From NCBI GenBank assembly GCA_963530135.1, contig CAUSBS010000003.1, forward strand, positions 40,373 through 104,372: 64,000 bases of DNA, read 5' to 3'. The position numbers and the translations under genes were made by a program. Source of the DNA: an uncultured Candidatus Saccharibacteria bacterium. Lineage in GTDB: Bacteria; Patescibacteriota; Saccharimonadia; Saccharimonadales; Saccharimonadaceae. Position 1 is the first letter of the stretch, and the number at the start of each line of letters is the position of its first letter. Of this stretch, positions 46,703-55,297 are shown piece by piece. The notes beneath the pieces were generated by a model, which saw only the letters and a list, made by a program, of their open reading frames with translations, was not told where the DNA came from and searched no databases.

Positions 46703-49258
46703 ATGCAGCTAGCCAAACAATACACCCCAAACGATTACGAACCAAACGTTTACGCCATGTGGGAAACCAGCGGCGCACTAGAGCCAACCGGTGTCGGCCA
46801 ACCATACTCCATCATCATGCCGCCGCCCAACGCCAACGGCAATCTACACATTGGCCATGCCCTAGACATGAATTTAAAGGATATCTTGATTCGTTATCAC
46901 AGGTTAAAGGGTGATGATGCGGTGTTTATTCCTGGGGCAGATCACGCCGGCTTTGAGACATGGGTAGTCTACGAAAAAGAACTGGCAAAACAGGGAAAAA
47001 GCCGCTTTGACTTTTCACGTGAACAACTGTACGACCAAGTTTGGCAGTTTGTCGAGGAAAAACGCGGCAACATGGAATTGCAGCTGCGAGCTCTGGGCGT
47101 CAGCGCCTCATGGCCACATCTAACCTTTACATTGGACGATAAAGTCATTGCCACGGTATATGAAACATTCAAAAAACTATGGGATGATGGGCTGGTTTAC
47201 CGCGGTGAGCGGATTGTTAATTATTGCACCAAACACCAAACTAGCTTTGCTGATATTGAGGTTGAACATAAAAATGAAAAAGGGAAGTTGTGGCAAATCG
47301 CCTACCCAACGCTGGATAAAATTGGCGAGATTGTCATTGCCACCACACGACCAGAAACCATGCTTGGCGATGTAGCAGTGGCTGTTCACCCAGATGACGA
47401 GCGTTACAAACACCTCATCGGTACGCGAATTCTCCTACCAATCACCAACGAGGAAATCCCGATCATCGCCGACGAGTATGTCGATATGAATTATGGTACT
47501 GGCGCAGTGAAAATTACACCAGCGCATGACCCGAACGACTTTGAAATGGCCGGGCGCCACAACCTACCGCTCAAGCAGATCATTAGCCAAAAGGGCACCA
47601 TGATCAATGTGCCAGAGCAATTTGTGGGTCTGACACCAGCAGAAGCCCGCACCCGCGTGCTGGCAGCCCTAGAGTCGCTCGAACTACGCCGCGGCGAGAC
47701 AGACATTGAGCATGCTGTCGGACACTGCTACAAATGTGGCAGTGTCATCGAGCCCATCGTCAAAGAACAATGGTTCATCAAGATGCAGCCACTAGCACAA
47801 CCAGCCATTGAAGCGCTCGAAAGGGAAGAGATTACCTTTTACCCAGCTGCTAAACGCAAAGAGCTCATCGCTTATCTCAAGCAGCTGAAAGACTGGAACA
47901 TCTCCCGGCAAATCCCGTGGGGCATTCCGATTCCGGCGTTTGTCAATGAGAATGATCCGCGTGATTGGATATTTGATATTCGCACCGGTGAACAAAAGAT
48001 TGTTGTAAATAGCACAACATATATCAGGGAAGAGGATACCTTTGACACCTGGTTCTCATCTGGACAGTGGCCATATATCGTTACCGATTATCTAAATGGC
48101 GGGGAACTAGCCAAATATTTCCCAACCAGCCTGATGGAAACCGGCATGGACATTATGCGGGCGTGGGTAGCGCGCATGATTATGCTCAGCCTGTACCGCA
48201 CTGGCAAACTACCGTTCAAGGACGTCTATCTGCACGGCATGGTGAATGATGAGCATAATCAAAAAATGTCTAAATCCAAGGGTAATGTCATCAATCCAAT
48301 GGAACTGGTTTCACAATTTGGCTCAGACGCTACCCGCATGGGTATTATCACTGGTCGTGCACCGGCACAACACCAAGCCTTCAACAAGGGCGCGGTCATC
48401 GCTGCTCGCAACTTCTGCAATAAACTATGGAATATCGCACGCTTCGTCGAGGCGCAAATTGGCGATGAACATCAAATCGTTGACCTGGAGCCGCAAACGC
48501 CGGCCGACCACTGGATTATCCGCCAGCTGAACGACGCCGCCAATAACGTCGCTATCCGCCTAGAGCAGTACCGCTTTTCTGAAGCTGCTGACACGGTCTA
48601 TCACGCTATCTGGGACGACTTAGCCGATTGGTACATCGAGTCATCAAAAACTGCCATCAACCGCCCACTGCTGTCATGGGCACTGGCAACCAGCTTAAAA
48701 ATCGCTCATCCGTTCGCGCCATTCGTCACCGAGACGATTTGGCAGACACTTAATTACACCGACGGTATCTTGATGCGTGATCACTGGCCAACACCAGAAA
48801 AATTCGACCCCATCGCTGCCGAGCAGTTTGAGCAGCTAAAGACGCTGGTCGCCGAAGGCCGCTGGGTAATTGCTGAGCTGCCGGGCAATAAGAAATATCG
48901 CTTGTTATACGGCAATGATAGCCTCATCGCCGATAATCAAGACACCATCAAACACCTTATGCGCCTGGAATCAATTGCACACACCGACCAGCCACGTGGC
49001 CTTAGGCTGGCAGCAGCAAACAGGGAAGCATGGCTCGATATTGATGAGGAAACGCTCTATCAGCACCAAACCGACCTCGAGGTGCGGCTAGGTGAAGCGC
49101 GGCAAACCTTGTCAACTCTCCAAGCACGACTGGATAACCCAACCTACATCGAAAAGGCACCAGCCCATCTCGTTGAGGAGACTCGCCAGCAACTAGCCGA
49201 GCAAGAAAAGCTCATCCAGCGCTTTATCAGCGAACTCGACGTTATCAGCTCACGCTAA
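46703..49258 (+). CDS. valS: valine--tRNA ligase
   Basis: Contains PPPNANGNLHIGHAL and KMSKSKGN, plus a CP1 editing domain and a C-terminal coiled coil. Confidence 0.96.
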   Translation: MQLAKQYTPNDYEPNVYAMWETSGALEPTGVGQPYSIIMPPPNANGNLHIGHALDMNLKDILIRYHRLKGDDAVFIPGADHAGFETWVVYEKELAKQGKSRFDFSREQLYDQVWQFVEEKRGNMELQLRALGVSASWPHLTFTLDDKVIATVYETFKKLWDDGLVYRGERIVNYCTKHQTSFADIEVEHKNEKGKLWQIAYPTLDKIGEIVIATTRPETMLGDVAVAVHPDDERYKHLIGTRILLPITNEEIPIIADEYVDMNYGTGAVKITPAHDPNDFEMAGRHNLPLKQIISQKGTMINVPEQFVGLTPAEARTRVLAALESLELRRGETDIEHAVGHCYKCGSVIEPIVKEQWFIKMQPLAQPAIEALEREEITFYPAAKRKELIAYLKQLKDWNISRQIPWGIPIPAFVNENDPRDWIFDIRTGEQKIVVNSTTYIREEDTFDTWFSSGQWPYIVTDYLNGGELAKYFPTSLMETGMDIMRAWVARMIMLSLYRTGKLPFKDVYLHGMVNDEHNQKMSKSKGNVINPMELVSQFGSDATRMGIITGRAPAQHQAFNKGAVIAARNFCNKLWNIARFVEAQIGDEHQIVDLEPQTPADHWIIRQLNDAANNVAIRLEQYRFSEAADTVYHAIWDDLADWYIESSKTAINRPLLSWALATSLKIAHPFAPFVTETIWQTLNYTDGILMRDHWPTPEKFDPIAAEQFEQLKTLVAEGRWVIAELPGNKKYRLLYGNDSLIADNQDTIKHLMRLESIAHTDQPRGLRLAAANREAWLDIDEETLYQHQTDLEVRLGEARQTLSTLQARLDNPTYIEKAPAHLVEETRQQLAEQEKLIQRFISELDVISSR

Positions 49259-49601
49259 CTGGATCAACCATCAACCGATGCCCATCAATATCGCCATCGC
49301 CGCCGCGACTAACGAGCTTGGTATGCAGATGCTTGCGGTCAGTGCTGCGCGGCGTTGTCCGTGGATTGGTCTGTCCGTCCTTTAGCACCCCCGAAAAATC
49401 ATGATGGTCAGAGTGGGTATGTGGCGAGGAGTGGGGCTTGGTGTGATGATGATCATCATCGACCTGATACACATCACTCATAATCCGCCAGGCGGAAACA
49501 ACCGCTTTATCAATATTTGTATCGTGTAAAAATACGCCGAGGCTAGTTGATACGCCAAACGCCATGGTGGCAGTGGTGATAATTTGTGGTAAATATTTCA
49601 T
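49245..49601 (-). CDS. hypothetical exported His-rich protein
   Basis: Signal-like N-terminus, then DDDHHHTKPHSSPHTHSDHHDF. It has a 14-nt convergent overlap with valS. Confidence 0.4.
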   Translation of the reverse strand: MKYLPQIITTATMAFGVSTSLGVFLHDTNIDKAVVSAWRIMSDVYQVDDDHHHTKPHSSPHTHSDHHDFSGVLKDGQTNPRTTPRSTDRKHLHTKLVSRGGDGDIDGHRLMVDPVSVS

Positions 49602-49797
49602 ATTCTATTTGTGTTTACTTCTATGGAGTTGAGCCATAGCAATGTTAGGATAATAGCATAAGGTTTTTATTTTGTCAATAATATTTCCTTATTTGTATGG
49701 TGTGACCCACCTAAAATCATTATTCAACACCCATTTCATACGCCAACAAAACAATAAAATAAGCCTCGGACAAACCGAGACTATAGCGACATAACTC

Positions 49798-49890
49798 TGG
49801 CGGAGGAGGGGAGATTCGAACTCCCGCTACAGGTCTCCCCGTACTAACGATTTAGCAAACCGTCCCCTTCAGCCACTTGGGTACTCCTCC
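49798..49890 (-). tRNA. tRNA-Ser(GCU), CCA encoded
   Basis: Hand fold: acceptor GGAGGAG, anticodon loop UUGCUAA, long variable arm, T-arm GGGAGTTCGAATCTCCC. Confidence 0.85.
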
Positions 49891-49998
49891 ATGAGCCAAA
49901 AATAGTGTATCATAGAAGCAGCGGTCTGGCTAGCCCCGCAATTGGTAGGCGGATTGCAAAACTTGACAATGATTATAAGAAAGAGGATAATAACGCGC

Positions 49999-50406
49999 AT
50001 GAAGAGGTTTTTCGCAGGTATCACTAGCATCATGTTGACCATCGCTGTCGGCACGGTGGTTTTGGGCACTCCGGTATTCGCACTCGGCGAGGGCGGCGTC
50101 ACTCGCGGCATCAATGATGCGCGTGGCGACGGCGTACCAACCAACCTAACCAATGGCGATAGTTCGCTGGTGAGAAAGATTATCAACATCATGCTCTATT
50201 TCATCGGTATCCTTGCCGTAGTTATGTTAATCTTTGGTGGTTTTCGCTATGTTGTTTCCAGTGGCAACAAGGATGCTGTCACCTCGGCAAAGAATACAAT
50301 CCTCTATGCCATCATTGGTCTACTCGTCGCCCTGTTCGCCTACGCCATTATTCAATTTGTCCTCAATACCGTCGTTGGTCTCAGCGGTAACTCTACTGAC
50401 GTATAG
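49999..50406 (+). CDS. T4SS-type pilin-like protein (VirB2/TrbC-like), unlinked seventh paralog
   Basis: Signal peptide MKRFFAGITSIMLTIAVGTVVLGTPVFA. C-terminal two-helix module reads LYFIGILAVVMLIFGGFRYVVSSGNKDAVTSAKNTILYAIIGLLVALFAYAI. Confidence 0.65.
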   Translation: MKRFFAGITSIMLTIAVGTVVLGTPVFALGEGGVTRGINDARGDGVPTNLTNGDSSLVRKIINIMLYFIGILAVVMLIFGGFRYVVSSGNKDAVTSAKNTILYAIIGLLVALFAYAIIQFVLNTVVGLSGNSTDV

Positions 50407-50437
50407 CGGATCATGCCGCTCATGGTATACTAGACAT

Positions 50438-50968
50438 ATGGAAGAGCAGCCACACGTAACCGATACCGAAAATACTCAACAAGATGCGGCCCAGCCGACA
50501 ACTGATTTATCGCAGCCTATCGCCTGGCAAGCCCCTGAGGGTATGCAAATCCACCGCACAACGGGCTGGTATATCGCTGTTGGTTTCGTGGTGCTCGCTC
50601 TGATGGCACTGGCGATTTTTGTTTTTAATAGCTGGACATTCGCAATTTTGCTACCGATTATGGCGGCGGCACTCATATTGCTGCGGTCGCGACCATCGGT
50701 AATGGTTAATTACGCCATCAGCCCCAAGGGAGTTTACGTCGCCGACCGCTTGTATGATTTTAGTGAGTTTCGAGCCTTTGGGCTGGGTCAAGACGGCGAT
50801 CAGCACTCGGCAGTGTTACTGCCGGTCAAGCGGTTCTCGCCAGCACTGACCATCTATTTTTCTGAGGCCGAAGGTGAAGCGATCGTTGACATGCTGGGGG
50901 CGCGGCTACCAATGCAGGAAATTGCGCCGGATGCGCTCGAGAAGCTCATTCGGATCATCAGGCTATAG
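50438..50968 (+). CDS. hypothetical 2-TM membrane protein
   Basis: Start set at ATG 50438. Two adjacent TM helices are followed by a small soluble domain. Confidence 0.45.
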   Translation: MEEQPHVTDTENTQQDAAQPTTDLSQPIAWQAPEGMQIHRTTGWYIAVGFVVLALMALAIFVFNSWTFAILLPIMAAALILLRSRPSVMVNYAISPKGVYVADRLYDFSEFRAFGLGQDGDQHSAVLLPVKRFSPALTIYFSEAEGEAIVDMLGARLPMQEIAPDALEKLIRIIRL

Positions 50969-51077
50969 CTTGCCCCGAGCTAACAGGTGTGCTAGAATAC
51001 AAAAGTTCATTGCCGCTGGCATTGAAAGCACTTTATATTTTTGTTATAGCCAATCGGACTTGTCTGAAAGGCTGTAT

Positions 51078-51154
51078 GCACCCGTAGCTCAGCTGGATAG
51101 AGCGTTGGCTTGCGGAGCCAAAGGTCGTACGTTCGAATCGTGCCGGGTGTACCA
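51078..51154 (+). tRNA. tRNA-Arg(GCG), CCA encoded
   Basis: Hand fold: GCACCCG acceptor, D-arm GCTCAGCTGGATAGAGC, anticodon loop UUGCGGA, T-arm GTACGTTCGAATCGTGC. Confidence 0.8.
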
Positions 51155-51166
51155 CATTAGCTTTAT

Positions 51167-51254
51167 GGAGAGATGCAGGAGTGGTTGAACTGGCCGCTCT
51201 CGAAAAGCGGTATGGGGCAACCCATCGAGGGTTCGAATCCCTCTCTCTCCGCCA
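51167..51254 (+). tRNA. tRNA-Ser(CGA), CCA encoded
   Basis: Hand fold: anticodon stem CCGCT/AGCGG with loop CUCGAAA, and a long variable arm. Confidence 0.85.
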
Positions 51255-51277
51255 GAATCCAGTCGCTACGATTAATT

Positions 51278-51367
51278 GGAAGGGTGACCGAGTGGTTGAA
51301 GGTACCGGTCTTGAAAACCGGCGTGCGGTAACACGTACCGAGGGTTCGAATCCCTCCCCTTCCGCCA
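51278..51367 (+). tRNA. tRNA-Ser(UGA), CCA encoded
   Basis: Hand fold: anticodon stem CCGGT/ACCGG with loop CUUGAAA, and a long variable arm. Confidence 0.85.
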
Positions 51368-51509
51368 GACACGATATCATGAAAGAAAGATTAGAAATAG
51401 TAACCAAGCAGGGGGTCGCTACGATAGCAACCCTCGTTTCATTAGCGCTATCAGCGTCCAGCCGCCAGGGCCATCCTGAAAATACGAACACTCCGACAGA
51501 GCACCATGT

Positions 51510-51962
51510 ATGAAAATCACCATTCTTACCATCGGCAAGCGACACGAACCCTGGGTAGAGCCGGGCATTGGACGCTTTTTAGAGCGCCTCAGAGCACCGT
51601 TCGCCGCAGAAATGATCATCATCCCACATTCTGGCCAAACTGGCGACAGAGCACGCCAGGACGAGTCGGAACGCTTGATATCTCGCCTCAAGCCGCACGA
51701 CTTCGTCATCCTACTCGACGAACGTGGCCGCAACCTGAGTTCGCCAGAACTATCACGGCTCATCCTTGATCATACCGATCAGCACATCGTCATCATCATT
51801 GGCGGAGCATATGGCGTCACCGAGATACTTCACCAGCGAGCCGACGTCGTTTGGTCGCTATCGCGCCTGGTATTTCCACATCAACTGGTGCGGCTCATAC
51901 TCGCCGAGCAGCTGTACCGCGCCCAAGAGATCGCTCGGGGCAGTGCGTATCATCACAACTAG
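51510..51962 (+). CDS. rlmH: 23S rRNA (pseudouridine1915-N3)-methyltransferase
   Basis: Contains MKITILTIGKRHEPWV and IIGGAYG, with a SPOUT C-terminus FPHQLVRLILAEQLYRA. Confidence 0.88.
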   Translation: MKITILTIGKRHEPWVEPGIGRFLERLRAPFAAEMIIIPHSGQTGDRARQDESERLISRLKPHDFVILLDERGRNLSSPELSRLILDHTDQHIVIIIGGAYGVTEILHQRADVVWSLSRLVFPHQLVRLILAEQLYRAQEIARGSAYHHN

Positions 51963-52659
51963 GGTTCGATTTATCATTTGTAGTGGCCTTTTTGTCGTTC
52001 CCCTGACGAGCGATAATCCCCACGCGAATATCCTTGGCACCAGCATCCCGCAGGGTTTGAGCTGCCGCCTTAATCGTTGAGCCAGTAGTGAAAATATCAT
52101 CCAAGATCAGATAGGGGACATCGGCCCGAGCGCCACGCACCCGGAAAAACTGCTGCGCCTGCGCTCTGCGCTCAGCTGCCGAGCGAGCATAATGCTGCGT
52201 CACATTTGTCTGCCTGATCAGTGGCCGTTCGACCCTCAGTCCTCGTCGCCGAGCAAACTGCCGAGCGATCAGCAACATATGATCATAGCCACGCTTACGG
52301 ATATTGGCAGGGGCAGTTGGCACTGGTACAACCACTGTTGAGGTATCGTACTCAGGGAGCAACTCATCTAAGAACCAGGCTAACACCCCACTAGCAGCAC
52401 GCACGCGGTGAAACTTATAATCATCAATCAGCCGCGCCACCGCACCTCGTCGCCACAACGCACAATTGAGCGCCCCATAGGGCAGGGCATGCCGCCGACA
52501 CACATTACCGTTGGTGCATGGCTGCTCACAAATCACGCAGACCCGACAGCGATGTTGTTTCACCGCCTCAAGACACGACTGACACAAAAGCGAGCCAGTT
52601 ATACCGCAACGATAGCAATAATGCGGCGCGATATATGACAGTAACGTATCAATAGGCAT
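51895..52659 (-). CDS. comFC: ComF-family competence protein (phosphoribosyltransferase domain)
   Basis: N-terminal zinc finger CYRCG..CQSC..CRVC, and PRT loop YLILDDIFTTGSTI. The 3' end overlaps rlmH by 68 nt. Confidence 0.8.
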   Translation of the reverse strand: MPIDTLLSYIAPHYCYRCGITGSLLCQSCLEAVKQHRCRVCVICEQPCTNGNVCRRHALPYGALNCALWRRGAVARLIDDYKFHRVRAASGVLAWFLDELLPEYDTSTVVVPVPTAPANIRKRGYDHMLLIARQFARRRGLRVERPLIRQTNVTQHYARSAAERRAQAQQFFRVRGARADVPYLILDDIFTTGSTIKAAAQTLRDAGAKDIRVGIIARQGNDKKATTNDKSNPSCDDTHCPERSLGRGTAARRV

Positions 52660-52754
52660 TTTTCGCTTTTTCGCCTTTCACTCTTGATTATAGCGCACAT
52701 AACCGTTATACTAACAAGTGATATTGTCAATCAGCCTATAAAGGCGGAGGAAAC

Positions 52755-53249
52755 ATGGCACGCAAAAATGACGACTTGTTAATCGAAGATGAGCTAACCG
52801 CAGCTTTTTTGAATGATGATCTGGCTAACGACGCACCGCAACCAGCCGCAGCTACACCCGCAGCAGCACCAGCTACTGCAGCGCCCGCTCCTGATGATAA
52901 TTGGGAGGATGAGGCCGATGATTTGATGGGGCAGCTGGCGGTTGATGTATTTGAATCAGAAACTGAACTTATCATCAAGGCACGGACTGCCGGTGTTGAT
53001 CGTAATGACCTAGATGTCAGCATCTCTGACGGCATCCTTACAATCAGCGGCACCCTATCAAGTGGTGATGAGACCGATGTTAAGAACTGGCATATCCAAG
53101 AATGCTACTGGGGTGAGTTCAGCCGAACCCTCGCGCTGCCAGTTGCGGTCAACGAGGAAGGCGTCAAGGCCGAGCTCAAGGATGGTGTGCTCACTATTAC
53201 CTTCGAAAAGATTAAACAAGAACGCGCCAAGAAGATTCAAGTTCTCTAG
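52755..53249 (+). CDS. Hsp20/alpha-crystallin small heat-shock protein
   Basis: Contains AVDVFESETELIIKARTAGV and GVLTITFEK. TTGATT-17 nt-TATACT lies at 52684..52712. Confidence 0.88.
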   Translation: MARKNDDLLIEDELTAAFLNDDLANDAPQPAAATPAAAPATAAPAPDDNWEDEADDLMGQLAVDVFESETELIIKARTAGVDRNDLDVSISDGILTISGTLSSGDETDVKNWHIQECYWGEFSRTLALPVAVNEEGVKAELKDGVLTITFEKIKQERAKKIQVL

Positions 53250-53300
53250 CCCATAGAGGCGAAAAGCACGAAACTATCAAATCAAACTACTGTAAAAACT

Positions 53301-53323
53301 AACCCCCGGAAACACCGGGGGTT
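53301..53323. terminator. bidirectional terminator between hsp20 and the pilin operon
   Basis: AACCCCCGG-AAACA-CCGGGGGTT forms a perfect 9-bp stem. Confidence 0.7.
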
Positions 53324-53344
53324 ATAAAGATCCTGGCTTATATC

Positions 53345-53725
53345 CTACGAGCCAACACCAGTAGAGGTGATCAGGACGAAGTTAACAATAGCATAGGCAA
53401 AGATTGCAATCACCAGACCAATCACCGCGTACATAATGGTGTTTTTGGCAGTAGTTACCTTACTTGAGTCGCCAGATGAAGTCGTGTAAAGGATACCACC
53501 CCAGATCAACATCACCACCGACAGAATACCGACAAAGTAGAGAATACCGTTGACGACATTCTTGACGAGATCATTCGGACGATCAATACCAGCGGCCGCA
53601 CCCTCGCCCTTAGCGGCTTCTGCACCATTCCTGAGCGTATATTGTGCGTTCGCTACTGGTACTGTTGCAAACGCCAGCACCGTCATAGCGAGTACGCCAG
53701 CGATCATAACTTTGAGTTTATTCAT
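53345..53725 (-). CDS. T4SS-type pilin-like protein, paralog 1
   Basis: Signal peptide ..TVPVANA|Q. Module reads LYFVGILSVVMLIWGGILYTTSSGDSSKVTTAKNTIMYAVIGLVIAIFAYAI. Confidence 0.7.
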   Translation of the reverse strand: MNKLKVMIAGVLAMTVLAFATVPVANAQYTLRNGAEAAKGEGAAAGIDRPNDLVKNVVNGILYFVGILSVVMLIWGGILYTTSSGDSSKVTTAKNTIMYAVIGLVIAIFAYAIVNFVLITSTGVGS

Positions 53726-53783
53726 GTATTACTTCCTTGTTTAGGGTTAATGTCACTTCAGCTGTTATTCTATCATTATTTAG

Positions 53784-54158
53784 CTACTTAAACAAGCCAA
53801 AGACCCAGTTAACAATAGCATACGACAGCACCACCACAATGATACCAATCACCGCGTACATGATGGTGTTTTTGGCAGTAGTTGCTTTTTGGCTATCGCC
53901 CGACGAGGTGATATATTGAAAGCCGCCCCAGATCATGATAATAACTGCTATCGCACCAACAAAATAGAGAAAGATATTCACTACATCACCGATAGTAGTG
54001 CCGATAGGCTTCGTGCTCATCTCCGGTGTTCGAGCTGCCTCAACACCCTTAGTAAACTGAGCCGAGGCGGATGGCAGAGCAACTGGCGTTACGGCCGCCA
54101 CAATAGCGACCACCAGTGATAGAGCAGCGGCTATAAGGGGGTTTTTATATCGTTTCAT
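53784..54158 (-). CDS. T4SS-type pilin-like protein, paralog 2
   Basis: Start set at ATG 54158 behind an AAGGAG SD. Signal peptide ..LPSASA|Q. Module reads MIWGGFQYITSSGDSQKATTAKNTIMYAVIG. Confidence 0.7.
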   Translation of the reverse strand: MKRYKNPLIAAALSLVVAIVAAVTPVALPSASAQFTKGVEAARTPEMSTKPIGTTIGDVVNIFLYFVGAIAVIIMIWGGFQYITSSGDSQKATTAKNTIMYAVIGIIVVVLSYAIVNWVFGLFK

Positions 54159-54174
54159 ACATTTCTCCTTTTTC

Positions 54175-54540
54175 TTATATTTTGCCAAATACGAAGTCAA
54201 CAATAGCGTAGGACAGCAGCGCGACTGCAACACCAATCACTGCGTACATGATCGTTGACTTAGCAGCCTTGACCTTGCTCGAGTCGCCAGCCGAGGTTAC
54301 GTACTGAAAACCGCCAACAATAATCATGATAACGGAAACTGCGCCGAGAATTAATAGAACGGCATCGACAAGATTCTTAAACAACGGCTGTATCGTTGCG
54401 CCACGGTTTTTACAAACCTCACCACTAGAGCCCGAGCAGGCACCGTAAATATCGACGCTCTGGGCAGATGCGCTTGATGCTACGACTAGCGGAGCAATGA
54501 GCGCTGCCATCATACCGATAATCACTACGAGTTTTTTCAT
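54175..54540 (-). CDS. T4SS-type pilin-like protein, paralog 3 (Cys pair in variable region)
   Basis: Signal peptide ..ASSASA|Q, Cys pair in GACSGSSGEVCKN, and module IIVGGFQYVTSAGDSSKVKAAKSTIMYAVIG. Confidence 0.7.
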   Translation of the reverse strand: MKKLVVIIGMMAALIAPLVVASSASAQSVDIYGACSGSSGEVCKNRGATIQPLFKNLVDAVLLILGAVSVIMIIVGGFQYVTSAGDSSKVKAAKSTIMYAVIGVAVALLSYAIVDFVFGKI

Positions 54541-54842
54541 ATTGCCGATCCTTTCATGCCACTAATGACAAAGTTAGTTATGAGAAACGCAGAGAGAATG
54601 ATGATGATGCCGATTATTGTGCCAAGGATGGTATTTTTCGCCTTCACAACATTATTGCTATCACCACCAGCCCGAACATAATTAATACCAGCAATCACTA
54701 GCATCAAAATTGCAATTGCCCCGGCAAAGAAATACACCGTATTGAGGATACTGCTAAGCGCATCCGTCGAGGCATTATTTGTCGGAATGCCGAGTGAGTC
54801 TGGCGATCCCAATAATCCAGCCACAAAGCGCATCAACGTCAT
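54537..54842 (-). CDS. T4SS-type pilin-like protein, paralog 4 (no evident signal peptide)
   Basis: Module reads LVIAGINYVRAGGDSNNVVKAKNTILGTIIG. ATGA overlaps occur at both ends. Confidence 0.6.
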   Translation of the reverse strand: MTLMRFVAGLLGSPDSLGIPTNNASTDALSSILNTVYFFAGAIAILMLVIAGINYVRAGGDSNNVVKAKNTILGTIIGIIIILSAFLITNFVISGMKGSAI

Positions 54843-55297
54843 GATCGCGGTAACCCCAATCCGTCGGCTATAATGTTCACCAAGGCAACTGAAGCAATCG
54901 CAATCACCAGACCGATAGCCGCATTGATTACTGTTTTCATACCATTCGCCATTTGGTTTGCATCACCGCCACTTGTCAGATACAGGAAGCCGCCATAGAT
55001 CACAAAACCAACCGTCACAAAACCAGCCAACTGCAATAAATCCTCGACAACGTTCAAGATGACCCGCCAGATGAAACCGCTGAGTGTCGTGTGATTGTTT
55101 GGGTCATTTTGGGCGCGCTTATCACTATTGTCAACGACCGCCTTGATACTACAGTCGTCCTTGGTTAGTCCGTCATACCACGGCTTGAGCGTTAGAATAT
55201 TGCCGCCACAGGCCGCATTGGCTGGCGTTGCCTGAAGCATCGACATCATCAACGACCCCGCAATCATCAGCCCAAGTGCAATCACAAGGTGCTTCAT
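54839..55297 (-). CDS. T4SS-type pilin-like protein, paralog 5 (Cys pair, longest variable region)
   Basis: Signal peptide ..ATPANA|A, Cys pair in CGGN..DDCSIK, and module VIYGGFLYLTSGGDANQMANGMKTVINAAIG. Confidence 0.65.
   Translation of the reverse strand: MKHLVIALGLMIAGSLMMSMLQATPANAACGGNILTLKPWYDGLTKDDCSIKAVVDNSDKRAQNDPNNHTTLSGFIWRVILNVVEDLLQLAGFVTVGFVIYGGFLYLTSGGDANQMANGMKTVINAAIGLVIAIASVALVNIIADGLGLPRS

Noticed and set aside
51033-51545. 170-aa minus-strand and 110-aa plus-strand ORFs spanning the tRNA cluster
   Set aside because: They read straight through three well-folded tRNA genes, so they are artefacts of stop-free structured RNA sequence.
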